A stretch of 63,204 bases of DNA, filler included, from Collodictyon triciliatum (Eukaryota), in the NCBI GenBank assembly GCA_043381765.1. It is 4 parts of 4 records of this genome, joined end to end, with 100 filler letters (N's around TTAATTAATTAA, not from the genome) between each part and the next. Parts side by side here need not be neighbours in the genome. Positions count along the whole stretch, not along the records: positions 1 to 17,168 come from JBHJMP010001480.1; positions 17,269 to 34,439 come from JBHJMP010001481.1; 2 more parts are not named here. One strand, given 5' to 3'. A program made the translations under genes and the position numbers. Positions 14,129 through 27,700 of this stretch are shown here, piece by piece (position 1 is the stretch's first letter; each line of letters begins with the position of its first letter). Below the pieces are notes generated by a model. That model was not told where the DNA came from. It saw nothing but the letters and a program-made list of their open reading frames with translations, and did not search any database.

Positions 14129-14732
14129 AAAGAACAAACAAACAAACAAACAAACAAACAAACAAACAAACAAACAAACAAACAAACAAACAAACAAACA
14201 AACAAACAAACAAACAAACAAACAAAAACATAGAAACTGTGCTTCAAGTGCATGATGGTGAGTGTAAAGGGCTTCATCTCTTTGTGGACGTGGCCGCACA
14301 GAGCTGCGCGATGTTCTTCTGCCCTGATTTACTCTGACGCAGTTTGTGCTATTTTCACAATGACAAACGCGTTAGTATTTGTGATGCTTGATGACGCACA
14401 CAGCTGACGCAAAAGAATGACGGAAGAACTTTTGATTAGCGTGGTGGTATGTTATCTCAGCGTAGGCACAGACACGCCATTCACTCTGTGGGTTCACCTG
14501 AACACCTTTTTTCCCGAACTCTGCGCTGACTTGTTGACTAGGGGATATAAATGAGGAACGACGAAAAAAAAAAGAGAGAAAAGGACATGTTAAGTAAGAA
14601 AGATGCTGATTGCATCGCTATTTGTGTTTATGACCCGTTTGAGGATACCAAAAAAACCCCTTGCAGATGCTTTCCCTGTCGGCAGTGTGATGATAAAGAC
14701 AGAAGAGGTGATACATCGATTCGGAGATGTCA

Positions 14733-16790
14733 TTATGAGCCGCTGTTGCCCCTTTTCAGCGCGTTGTGTTCAGTAATTCTTGGGTTTGCTTTTTGCGAGC
14801 TATTGTGTGGCGTGCCGTCGTTTAGGTCAGCCCTGGTTGACGAATAAGGAGCTTGCGAGTGAACAAAACTGCTGCGGCTGTGGAGAGGGTATTGTTGAGC
14901 TCGTTCTTGATGGTGATGAAATTGCTTCCCCGCTTCAACATCCAGGTCATGCTGCTCTCTCATATCAAAAGCAGACGGGTTTATCAAATCATCTTGTTGC
15001 GCCAAAGAACTCAGTTCAGATGGAGTGTAGCTACAACGAAGGCTTTGCTGAAAATAAGGGGCAGGGTTCAACGGGGTAATTTCATATGTGGAGAGGTGGG
15101 GATGCTGGGAGATAGATGACAGGTTGGGCTGCCTTGGGTGCATAGAACGATTTCGAATGAGGGACGAAGAGAACTCGAATTGGCTAGTTAAGTTTGCATT
15201 ATAGTTTGTGATTGGTGGGTCAATATCCTCATGAGTCGTATCCACATCACTCAAAAACAGAGGCATACCCCCAGGCATGTCGGTATTCTGCTGCTCATTT
15301 ACATTCAAGTCTATGGAAGTATGCCTCGAGATGCTATGTGAGTTGCCTAAGACCGCTTCGTTCTCGGACTCGTCAGTTGCAGATAAAATTTCTCCAGGCT
15401 GTAGTTTGGCTCCCTGGTCCTCAGTTAAAGTTCTTTGTTCCGTCAAAAGCACAGAGAATTCAGAAATACCTCCCTGTTGTTGTGAAGTTGGTATCGGGGC
15501 TGGGTAAGCACACTGTTCTAGTGAAGGAGAGTTCCTCTGCACTCCGTCCTACGTCATATATTTACCAGATTAACAATTGTGTGAATATGGAAGGCGTGAC
15601 CAGAGTGATGTCTGAGAAAAATATTGATTGAGAAACATGAGTGATATGATGAAACTGTGCTGATTTTTTCCTTTTCGATTCAAAATGATTTTGATGGTAT
15701 ATAAAATCGACTGCCTGTATCTTTCTATAAGATTCCATCTCTCTGTTGTATCTATGGTTATCCTGTTTTGCTCTGCTTTCGTAGATACTGCGTTGTTCTT
15801 GAGTGAGTACCCCCCACTTTAATCCAGCAAGTCGACCAAAGTCACAAAAAGATAAGTTTGGGTGTTGACGCAGAATTTCCAATCTAAAATATGCAGTAAT
15901 TGAGAAACTGCTTCCTGCAGGACGTTTACAGTAGAATATTAGGAGATATCATACACAGGAATGTACATTCTCACGCAACAAGCAGATGTCATATCATATA
16001 GAGATGTAGGTCGAAGACAAGATGTAAATATTCATGAACCAGACCGGAAGTCGTGACAAAAAAAGACATATGCTGTAGATGGCATCTTCGGAAGCCTGGG
16101 GTCCCGCCGCTTTCGTCTTCGATGCTGGCTTAACTCTGGAGTATGCGGATTTGTCTCGTAATCTCTCTTTTCAGCTTCAAAGCGAATCCGGTCGGCAACT
16201 GCATCCTCACCATACCGCTTTCATGGCACAGCAAAAAATTAGCAGAACTGAGCAATATAATCTAACAAGAGACATAGGAGATAGATAGATGAGTCTTGAG
16301 GAGTCTATAAATATTCGCCACCTGTTTTGATTCGGGGCTCAGAGCACGCCACATTGCGCCTAATTGATTGGCCATCTCAACAAAAGATATATCTGGATTT
16401 GATTCTCGAAGCAGCTTCCTGGAGTGAAAAAAAATTATGAATGATGAAAGTGATGACACTCCTTACTTCTATAATTCGGGATACCCTCTAGGTAAAAAAA
16501 ATGTGATGAAGGAATTAAAAATAATCATGCGGCCAGCCATGGTATTACATGAGTATCTATTTTCAAGATATTGACTGCATACATTCTAAATATCTGCCTT
16601 GTTTTCTTTGTTTCTCTCTATCCGATTCACTATTTCTTCTTTTTTTTTCTTTTCACCTTTTTCTTTTCTTATGGCATTTCTAATTTCTAGTTTGTTATTT
16701 TAGAAAAAAGGACCTTTTTTCTCCTGCAAAGAGAACGAAAGGAGAACGTGCAGGTCTAGGCAAGTATTCAGGACGCTTCTTGCGAGGCAT
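14733..16790 (-). CDS. Tandem two-HMG-box protein with long S/Q/P/H-rich disordered C-terminus
   Basis: Box 1: MPRKKRPEYLPRPARSPFVLFAGEKR|KLLRESNPDISFVEMANQLGAMWRALSPESKQ|RY...DRIRFEAEKRDY. Box 2: RDPRLPKMPSTAYVFFCHDFR|LEILRQHPNLSFCDFGRLAGLKWGVLTQEQRSIYESRAKQDNHRY. Final exon corresponds to ORF 14733-15542. Confidence 0.88.
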
Positions 16791-17100
16791 GCTTCTTCAG
16801 TATAACTTTGTCCAAATCAAGCGTTATAGGGTATTTGCTTATCAATGCCAACTGCCACGGGAAGAGGGTAGCCAAACACCGACCTCGAAGACTTCAACTG
16901 CTCAGCGGTCGATCGGGGACTAAGAAAGAAAATTGAATAATTCCTTGTCGCACTTAATTATATGCAGTACCTATTGCCCGAAATCAATCATGGCTTTTTT
17001 GCTTTCTTGTTTTTTGTTTTGTTTTTTTTGTTGTTTTTTTTGTTGTTTTTTTTGTTGTTTTTTTGTTGTTTTTTTTGTTGTTTTTTTTGTTGTTTTTTTT

Positions 17101-17168
<68 letters not shown>

Positions 17169-17268
17169 NNNNNNNNNNNNNNNNNNNNNNNNNNNNNNNN
17201 NNNNNNNNNNNNTTAATTAATTAANNNNNNNNNNNNNNNNNNNNNNNNNNNNNNNNNNNNNNNNNNNN
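17169..17268. other. Artificial scaffold spacer (44N-TTAATTAATTAA-44N)
   Basis: Six-frame-stop linker at 17213-17224 flanked by Ns. Confidence 0.97.
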
Positions 17269-17385
17269 CATACATACATACATACATACATACATACATA
17301 CATACATACATACATACATACATACATACATACATACATACATACATACATACATACATACATACATACATACATACATACATAC
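17269..17385. repeat. (CATA)n microsatellite at scaffold start (also 34540-34657)
   Basis: Directly visible. Confidence 0.95.
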
Positions 17386-17566
17386 AATCTATAAAGTAAG
17401 TAAAACAATAAGCTGTATATGCACAAAAATTATTCGATTTTTACATTTACAACCTATTTATCGCTCATATTAAATCTATCCATTTTATAAATATGTGTTT
17501 ACATATTCATATTGAAAAATAGCAGCATATCATCAATTCTGTTTTTTTTTCCCACTTTAACTCTAG

Positions 17567-20500
17567 AGGCGCCCAGTGAAGAAGCACAAAGGACACTTGT
17601 TTTGATATCCAAGGTTCTTCAGAATCTAGCTAATTTCACGGAATCAGGAGGAAAAGAAGAATGGATGCTTCAAATGAAGCCTTTTATTTCCGAAAACCAA
17701 TCTCGCCTGAAAGAATACTACAACAATATATCAGTAAGACTTCATTTATCGCATTCACCAGAAGAGAATACAGTAGATTTCCAACTTAATTATTTGACCT
17801 CACTCATAAAATCTGATAAATTCTTTCACATAGTCAATTACCGGGGAGAGAAACACAACCACGGATGAGCTCTATCCTATTACAAAAGCGGTCTTTGATG
17901 ACAGCATGGACCGTATTGTAATGTGCATTGCCAAGTAAATTTTTATACTTTATTCCTTCCCTCTATGAATTACGTGATTTATCCTATCGCGATTGTGATA
18001 TAGCTGCCATCAAGCACTTGCTTCAAAGTTTTCGCGAAAGAAAGTTGATGTTGTAAGGAGTCTCTAAAAAATTACAAAAATGACACATGCCTTTTATTTA
18101 CTCGAGTGCTTGCCATTCATAAATGATGTTATACACACTTGGTTTATAGGCATCTTGTGATATTTTATGCAGAATTGTAAGTGATACGCAAATAAGATTA
18201 AACACAGCAGCGACGATTTTCTTGAGGATTATTTTTTACTTTTTTTTTTTTTGAAAAAACCAGATGATATCCTATAAAACGTTGGACAGACTTATGTTAT
18301 CAACCACACAAACCACGAAGCGTATGGGCATTTCAAGAAGTAAAGTCCCAGTAAGAACACTCGGAACTCTGGACGATTTTGAACCCTTGGCCAATATTGT
18401 GGATGTGAGTTCTCAACAGCTTTATTTTGTTCTACTTTAGTTTTCCATTCAATTTTTTCGATATACGTATCTTCATTTTGGTTTGAAGAGAAAACCAATT
18501 CTTTTTATAACAAGCCAACTGTACCGCAAGAACCCCATTCCACATATTTTACTTCATTCATGTATCATTATTTCAATCACACAGATGCTGTTTTGTCCCT
18601 CTCACTTGCTCCTGAACCGACTTCTTCTGGTTGCATCTCAAAATTTCTCTCCGGCAGATGGAAAATCTATATTAAACTCACTTTTCAGACTGTTCCATGC
18701 AAACGGACAATTATTAATTCTATTTGATGTGATTTGTAAACAAGCTTCCTCGAAAACAGGTAGCGAAAAAATATCATCCAGTGCATTACAATTTTTTTTA
18801 GAGTCTTAAAAATAGGAACAGCTTGCTGTTAATAACATAATATTATTATTGCCAACATCTCCACCATCCTGCACAAAACTGAAAGGAAGAATAAAGAAAA
18901 ACCATAATATTATTATTATCACAGGTTCTATTGATGGATTCCTTGCCAGTCCTTTGGTGAATCACATTTTGTCTGATATGCACAGCTTGGTTGAAAGTCA
19001 TACTTATGTTTCATACCTCATCGGGCCTATTATCTCTGATATTTCAAGAAGCGAATTTAGTTTCATAGTTTGTTCTTTTTTAAACTTAATACGTCCTCGC
19101 ACCGAATATTTAGAGAATAACATAGCAATTTTCCTTATGTTGATTTCAATAAGAATCAACTCATATTTCTTTCTGATTTATAAAAATGATGATAAAAATC
19201 CCTCAGCTCGACAGCTCTGCAAATAGCGCTGAGGTCATTCAGAACACAACCGAAATTCGGCGTTTATCTTATGTTTTTCTCGATCGTTTACTTAATTCAA
19301 CCGATAAATGCCACATGTAATACAATTCGTCCATGATTTCTTCCAAAATTATAGCATTTTGATTGGAGGAATTTAGAAATATTGTTGTATCTTACAATCG
19401 TCGCTGTTTTATTTTATTCAAGAAACCATTCAGTAAATAGCAATTAAATTGTAGGTTTCTGAGGCAGACATACTCTGTTTTTTGCTCACATACAAAAGAG
19501 TATAATATGCAAGCTGATGAACAGGAGGCTGTTGCAAGAGTCTTTGTCGGAAATTTTCTTTGTCCGGCTCTTTGCTCGCCCGATAAATACAATCTTGTCC
19601 CGTGTATGTAATAAGTTATGGAAATAGATAATTTTTTTTTATTTTTTTTTAAAAAAAAAAAGTATAATCGAGCACCAAATCTTCCTGGTGACATAGACTG
19701 TGACTATTGCACTCAAAAAATACATGTCATTTAATCCGTTCCTTTAGCTATAGATAGCATTCCAAAAAATGCAAAGAGGGGGCTTCTAATACTTTCAAAA
19801 TTGATAACAAACATTTCTCTCGGAGTAAATTTTTTATTGTTACAATTTTATTTCATTTCTTTATCTCTACTGATTTTTCTTTTTTGAATCCTATTTTCCC
19901 CTCTTAATATGTATGAATCCCCTACAATTATATTTCCAACATAATGCCTGTTTCATTAAAATTCAAAATTTTATGCTCATGCTTTCTTTCGGCCGCCAAT
20001 CCCCTCATAGATGAAATATAAGGAAGGCTATATGGCAGAAATGAATAACTTGATTGATGAATATCGACCACTATTCTTGTCTTTCTTGGGCAACCTGATT
20101 GTATGGAGCGATATCCAACAATATTTATGGAGGCGTCATCTTTACCTATCACTTCATTTATTGTTACTCTTACAATTCAAGATTAAATTAAGTAACAATG
20201 ATGTCGTAATTTGTTCATTAGGCTATTGAAAAGGTCACCTGTGAAATCTCTCCAGTATGCCAAGGGTCGGATTTGAATTTGAATGCTCAGGTATATGAAT
20301 CATGAAGTTCAAACATATAAAACGAGGCCTTAAGTGAATAATACAAGTACATTTTGTTGATAATCACTGCATGAGAAAAAAGGAGATATTTTTATATGTC
20401 AAATATTTGATTACCTGCACGATTTTATTTTGCACATTCATCAACCGAGAGAGAAAAAAAAGTAAATCCCTCACTCTCATAGAATATCATGAACTTCATC

Positions 20501-21538
20501 GACACGCGCCAATCCGTATTCTATCAGCTCTTGGAAGGAGACATCACTGAACTTGTACTCAGATAATTGAAGCGAAATGCAAACAAAAAACACATACCCT
20601 CGGCTGACTTTAAGAAAATTCCCGACATATCTTGTACTAAAAATTAATATTTTGGTTTTATCCACAGTCCGTCACGTACAAATATATGGAACTGGTGGAC
20701 GCTGCGACGGAAATCTACAGAATACAAGTCCTTGACAAACGGCGAAAGAAGTAAGAAAAGAAACGAAATAGTGTTTCGCGTATGTGGAGATAACCAGGGT
20801 CAAGAACTGGAGTGCGAGAGTACGTGAAAAAGCGTGGTTGATGGCCGTTATTTTCTCTTTTTGATCTCTTTTACAACCAAGACATATTTCTTTCCCCTTT
20901 GTCATATCAACACCTTCAACACATTTTTTTTGAGATGTCTGTCTCGTCTCTGATTCTGCACTTAATGCTTCGCAAAAGAGAGGAGATGGTCTTATCTGGA
21001 TTATTTCTATTATCTTTTATTTACACCTTTATGATAGCCATAATACTATCTCACATACTATCTGATATATTTTTTCTTGATAAAAAATAATGTCCAATGA
21101 AAGCAGAGTAACACACGAAAACTGGGAATCAGTCGATTTTTTTTTGGGTAACCTACTTGTTTTTCTTTGGTTCTCTTCCTGCATTTATTTCTGAGAATAA
21201 TACACACAAAATAAAGATACACACATGCATTCATCGCTGCAGAGACTACTTTTAATTTGGTGTCTTGAAAAGATTTTTTCCTCTCTTTATTCGATTCAAA
21301 GTGGTGTGTTGAAAAGTTCAACAAAAGGAAGTTGAAGAAAAGAAGTTGGTGGACGACCAGATTGATTTGAGGGGTGGCAGGCGTGTGTGGTGGTATTTGC
21401 TCATACTGTAGGAATCTAGAACTAGCAAGAAAAAAAGGTGTGATATCTCGAGCAACGACCAAGCTGCACAGCAGCAAGCGACAGGGTAATCCAGTTTGCT
21501 CTGAGATGAAAGATGTACGTTTCCTACATCTAAAATGA
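17567..21538 (+). CDS. Ras GTPase-activating protein, 5'-truncated, with a second degenerate RasGAP domain
   Basis: RasGAP C-terminal motif RTLVLISKVLQNLANFTESGGKEEWMLQMKPFISEN (17590-17700). Second copy with VFVGNFLCPALCSPDKYNL and KRGLLILSKLITNISLG|MKYKEGYMAEMNNLI. 3' end uncertain: stop at 20564-20566 if unspliced, or further exons to about 21.5 kb. Confidence 0.8.
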
Positions 21539-21715
21539 TGGAATATTATCGCATCTGGATAAAACAAGAGATAAATAGGTCAATGATAAACCACAGAAAC
21601 ATATTTCTAAATAAAGCGGAATGAACATGTCCAAATCAAAACTCTGAAATTCACCACAGGAGGCATAGAAAAGACACCGCGAACAGGAGGCAAGATGTTT
21701 TTACTTTTGGACCCT

Positions 21716-24700
21716 TTAATCGTCCTCAATTACGTCGTCGTCATCGTCATCATCTGGGAGATATTCTTCGGTACCGCTTTCCTCACTTTCGCTTTCATTT
21801 TCACCCTCGGTAGCCTCACCTTCATCTGGTTCCACAATTTGCACCGCTGTACGCATTTCTTCGATAGCAGGTACATTTAATGCAGTCTCTCTAATAATGA
21901 TAAGCTTAAGTCAGACAAGCAACGTGCATGAATATCACATTTTACCCTGGTCTACCCAAGAGTAAAAATATTGATACCGCTGTTTTGCTTATACTATATC
22001 ATGGCTGTGCCTATTTTTGGTGTATCATTGAAATTTTGTGGTGGGAGATTACCTCCAGTCAAGCACTTCATCGCGAACAGGAATCTAGGAATATATCATT
22101 ATTGAGGGGAAGTAGAAAGGAAAATAAATATCTTCATAAAGACAGACCTGAATCTGGATTGAGTGGTGTGGAATTATTGCATTTGAAGGAGCGTCAGAAA
22201 CAGGCACTTGAATATCATCTTTTGGCAACAATTTATGCATCTTGCTATGACTTTTGTCGTTCGAGGAGGTGGATACTCTATTATCTCCATTCAAACTAAT
22301 GTCGTCAAGGGTGCTGGACAAGCGCCTCGGAACTTCAGATCCGCTCCGAGTTGAATAAGTCAGGTAGTTAGGGGTAACAAAAAAATCTTCAACAGGAGGC
22401 ACCACCTCCAAAACAAATCCTGACGGGACAGGATTGTAAAGCTTACCCAGATGCATGCTTATTATTGCAGATGGGAATGCAACTGCCTGTAAAGAGGTAT
22501 TGCGTTTAAATAGCATTTATATCATTGTTGAGTTCAGAGGGTCTGCTGCTTGATAGTTATCTCTAGTGTGGCGAAATAGAATTATTACAATTGAACCCAA
22601 GATTCCAGCGAGTGTTGCGATAGCTTTGCCTGTGAACGTTTTTGGCACCATATCCCCTTATTCAGTAACAAAATTTAAAGGTTATTCTGATCAGGCGTAT
22701 TGGGATGAAGTAGAACATAAAAGAATTACCATAACCCACTGTAGACATCGTCACTAAAGCCCACCAAAGCGAAACAAAGACACTTTGAAAAGGGCTATTG
22801 AAAGTAATCAGCCGCATTAAAAAAAACCCCCCAAAAACCCCAAAACCCCAAAAAACACAAAAAAAACACAAAAAAACACAAGAAATATGTATAGATGACT
22901 GAAAGAATATAATAGGACGAAAAAAGTTGTGGGATTAAATATTACTTAATTTACCTTTCAGAATCATCTGAATATACCCAGCGCCCATTTCTCCAAACTC
23001 CTCTCTCAGCATGCCAAATGAGAAACGCAAAGAAGAATGAGAGAATCCCAATGAACAAGGTGATTACTATGAATATGACCACACATTTTCGTAAAGTCCT
23101 CACAGATGCCTGGGCAAGTCAAAAAAAAGTGTCAAAATTTTAAAGAAATATTATTATTCAAAGAGATATTACATCGTAATAATCTCGAAACTTTGATGGC
23201 GGCAGCAACTCAAACAGGTAGAAAAATACGACAAGCCGAACCACCACCATGACATGGTAATCCTAAAAAAGGACAGAAACTTGTCTCAAATAAGGTGGTA
23301 ATAGAGAAAGAGACGCTAAAAAACTATCATATGCCATCATGGAATCGAGGTAGAATGATTACATGGTCCACGAATATTGCAAAGAGATAAAATATCAATC
23401 CAAAAGCATCTGCCAGCTCATATGCCGCTAAAAAAAAATTAAAGTGGTTAGATAATTGGATGAATCTTCACACTTAACTGTATAATATATGTATACTTCC
23501 GAGCAAAACCTCCCAAGGTTTAAGGTAAACGCGTACAATAAGACTGGAAACATTGATTCCCATAAGGAATGATTGCGCATAGAGCCTACATTTAAAATTG
23601 GAAGTTTACTAAAACACATAAGGAAGAACTAAGGTGAGGTGCCAATATATTTAAATTTATTACATCTTTATTTGCGTCGCCTCTTCTTGCGAGTAATATA
23701 CGCTCGAAAAAATCGCCAATAGAGCGGATGCAATTGAAGTCAGCATAGCAGATAAATGAAGTGACAGAGTCTGTCATCGCATCACAAGATTTTAACAATA
23801 GTCTTTTTTTAAAAAATTTAGAATAAATGCGCGTATGTGTGGTATTATCACCTCTATATTATATAGGTGATAATACGACAGTATGTTAGACGTTTACCCA
23901 TCCATTCATAAGTGGCTGGAAGATTCGATACAGAAGTTTTTCTTTTTCGGAGAAGTTTTTTATTTCCCCCGACTAATTATATAAATTTTTTTGTTTAATA
24001 ATCAAAAAAATCCATGCATTTTCAAAGTCAATAAAAATGTAATATGTAATTTATAATATTTGGTTGTGTAGGAAAGAGTCATCTGTTTGGTTGATTGGAA
24101 AATGCAATTACATGATTTCCCAGCGCAATATGAGGTCTTTCGTCGTCTATTTTATTAATATTTTCTATTTCGAGCATTTTTGTCGAAAATGATGCTGTGA
24201 TGATAGAAATAGGGAGCGATGCGGTCTATAAATATTGAAATATGTTTTGAAAATATTGAAACGTCAAGAAATTCCTATGACATGGTTATATTCAAAAGTA
24301 AAATCACCAAAAGACCAGCCATGGCCGCGCATCCTGAGATAGTTTTTCCAGCCCAAGAAAGATGAAACGAGTTCCCTGATAGTCATGTTGATATTGCAAA
24401 TAAAATAAAATACAAAAAGATGCTCATTCGATTAATAATTGCCATTAGATAATGTTTCTTGTGAAATTGCAGTTATAACGATGTAATTATCAAAATGAAG
24501 ATAAAAAGGACTAAATTTCTTAAAAAGATATCATTAAAAATTACAATATTGAGGCTTAAAAATGAGTTGATGAGCGCACAATTACCATATCCAATTGTCA
24601 AAGATGTGATAATCATAAACCAGAAAGCTTCTGGAACACTTTTTATAGTAGGGTCGCTATTATATGTAATTAGGATTTCAAGCCATTATTTCTGTCTGGG

Positions 24701-27700
24701 CTATGATTTTTAGAGGTGAGAATGACGAACCTATTATTATGAAGAGCAAATTCGTACTCTATATAGTAGAGATAAATTGAGAAAAACATCACTTCCAAAA
24801 TCAAAAGCAACAAAGAGAGAAATATAGCACTGGCGCTTTGATGAAGTGATACGACTAGAACCTAAGAAGTATAGAGACAATAAATAATTGAAAATTCTGT
24901 CAGTTAATACTCCATCTGCATTTTTATGATTAATTTTGAATCCATACCCGAAAGCTTTGAGACAGGTGTGAAAGTTCGTAGACTTTGAATAAACGGAATA
25001 TGCGAAGAGCAGACACAACCTCATCGTTTTCATATTCCTGTGGCAAATGATCAGTAATACAAAGAAATGAAGAATACCGTAATGTTCTTCATTTCAACAT
25101 ACCATCCAATCCAGCAATATGTATATGAGAGATGGAGATATTGCCACACAATTGAGGATAGATGAAAAAGCTGTTAATGGGTACATGATCAGTTAAAAAG
25201 AGGGGGTATAACAGGAAGACGTATAATTATCTTTCAATTGAATTTTGGCCTGACTAGAATACTATAATTTATTTAATTTCACGTTGAATGACGCATATGC
25301 TCATGACTTACTAAAAAGCTCAGTCTTGGGATGGTTTGATTTAAAGATGCTCATCATCCAATCACTCAGTAAGATGAAAACGAAGAAATAATCAGCTCTT
25401 TTTCTGCATTGCATAGTTGATTATTGAAATAATTTATCGATCAAAACATTCATGTTCATTTTATTCGAATTCATTTCAGATAGGGCAGTATTTGGGTATG
25501 GAATGGCATACAGATACTTGACTTCATCGCTGTTTGGAGGGAAATAAGATTGAAGAGATATCAGAAATACACTGCAGAACAAGCACAGAGAAGTGAATAA
25601 TTTAACAGCCTTTTCCTATAATATTCCCATGATTAAAAAAAGGGAGGAAAAGAAGCAAAAAAATTTATCTCATCCAAGAACAAAACAAATTTTTTGAAAT
25701 AAATGAAGCTGTATTTTTCCTCAAATAAAGAGATCAAATGCTACAATTGCCGTTATTTTTGCGCCTGGAATGAGTCCATCCGCAGCACGTTTCTGAAAGC
25801 AACCATTGATAGTTAATTGATTTTGTAGTACATGAGGGAGTTCAAAAAATACACGTAAGTAAATGATTGATATTTATGCACCTTCAAAGTGCGAATAAAT
25901 GCGAAAAGTGATGGTATATCGGCCTCTTTTGTGTGGAAAGACCGAACAACATCCTTTAATTCATCAAACTTTTGCTTTCTATCCCATAGAACAAGAACGT
26001 TTCTGCCTTTGGTGTAAAAAGTGAATTTTTATGGAAAATACAACGAAAAGAATATGCTATTTAAAAGAATTTTAAATTTATTATCATCAATGAGTAATGA
26101 AGAATTGTATGGAAGCTGGCGAATATTGGTATTACATATTGTAACCCAGAAGGTATGCTAAAGCATAATATTTAATATTTATTACCAATTATAGATACAG
26201 GTAGGGCAACAGCCTAATGTTCAAGTTTATTTGTTAAATCCTTATAAATAATAGATCTAGGAGTGAACCGAGTAATCTGAGAAAAGAGAAAAGAAAACCA
26301 AATGGAATTTCCTTGGAAAATAATTTAGCGTCATACAAAAGTACTAATCAGCGTAAAAAGAGCGCCTATAGTCATTCCAGGTAAGGTTACAGGAACAATG
26401 TCGCCTGCAAAAATTGCATTCTGGTAAGGTATTTAATAAACAACAGAAGTGAATACTTTGATTGATGATGCTATTTTTCATATTCAAAGAAAGTGAACCA
26501 TATCCAACAGTCGTGAGCATGGCTATGGTGAACCAAAGCGATGCAGGAATGCTATTAAATGGACTGTTTGCCCAATGATTGGTCATTAAAATAATAATAA
26601 AAAAATTAAAAGAAAAAACCAGAGAAATTCAGCTTCACAATATGCAACAGAACATACCTAGCTTCACATATGGAGTTCACAATCCTACGACAGAATTCAC
26701 CATTATGGTATGTTCCTCTCTCTAGGAAGTACATCACAGAGGAAACGAAGACCAAGCTGACAACAACCAAGTACAAAAATAGGGACATACTACGCCTTGA
26801 TTGTCCAAGAGACAAAATGATCAGCTGCATCGATTTAATTCATACAGTAAGATATTGAAAAATCTGTGGTGAAAGAATATAGTATTTGCCGTAATGGATT
26901 TTTAGGCAACGTATATAGATTATTGATTTGCATCTTGGCACCATAAAATTTGCATAGATAAGCATGAAAATGGTGTAAAAGCAGATGAAACCTTAAAGCC
27001 CTTCGCGAATTTTCCATAATTTGATAATTGAATCAACCAATGCACTCGGAGAACCTTTATTTTTCTTTCAATCTAAAAATGAATTTGATTTTGAAATCAA
27101 AACAATAAGGCAGGAAAGGTCCTGGAATAGCTGATTGTTGCACCACGTGTATTAAGAAAGTAGTCATTTTATTAGTCATAATTGCTGAAAGTTTTATTTA
27201 CATCGGGAGAAAATAATCCAAAGTAGAATGGTAGTAATGCCGAAATATTCATGAGGTTTTGCAGACCTGCAAAAAATAATAATTTTTTAACTGATTCCAG
27301 TACCGAAACAACTTTATAGAGCTATTCTATAATATCGTTGACACATTAGTATGTGTTTGTCAATCTAAATAATATTCATACTCAGTAAAAATTTCATTTT
27401 TTTCTTTGATGAAACGCATTTAATTATGATGTCTGCTGTCAGAATAGTCGAAAAAACGGTGTTGAGGTTTTTGCTATTTTTTTTTGAATCGGTTAATATG
27501 AAGGGGTTTGAAATGAATGACTTTATGAACTATTTTAATATATTTATCTAATTTTAATCGTTAAATTTAAAAATTACAATATATTTTGAGAGATGCTATC
27601 TTTATAGTTTGGGTGACTATCTAAAACTAGAATGGTGATGCTTCCAACAATCGAAAGAAGTGTGAAAAGTATGTACATCCCTCGGAGCTATGGTTCGTGT

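Noticed and set aside
17213-17224. Palindromic TTAATTAATTAA recurring at ~17.27-kb intervals as a possible biological periodic element or transposon target
   Set aside because: Always embedded in 44+44 Ns; it is an assembly linker with stops in all six frames.
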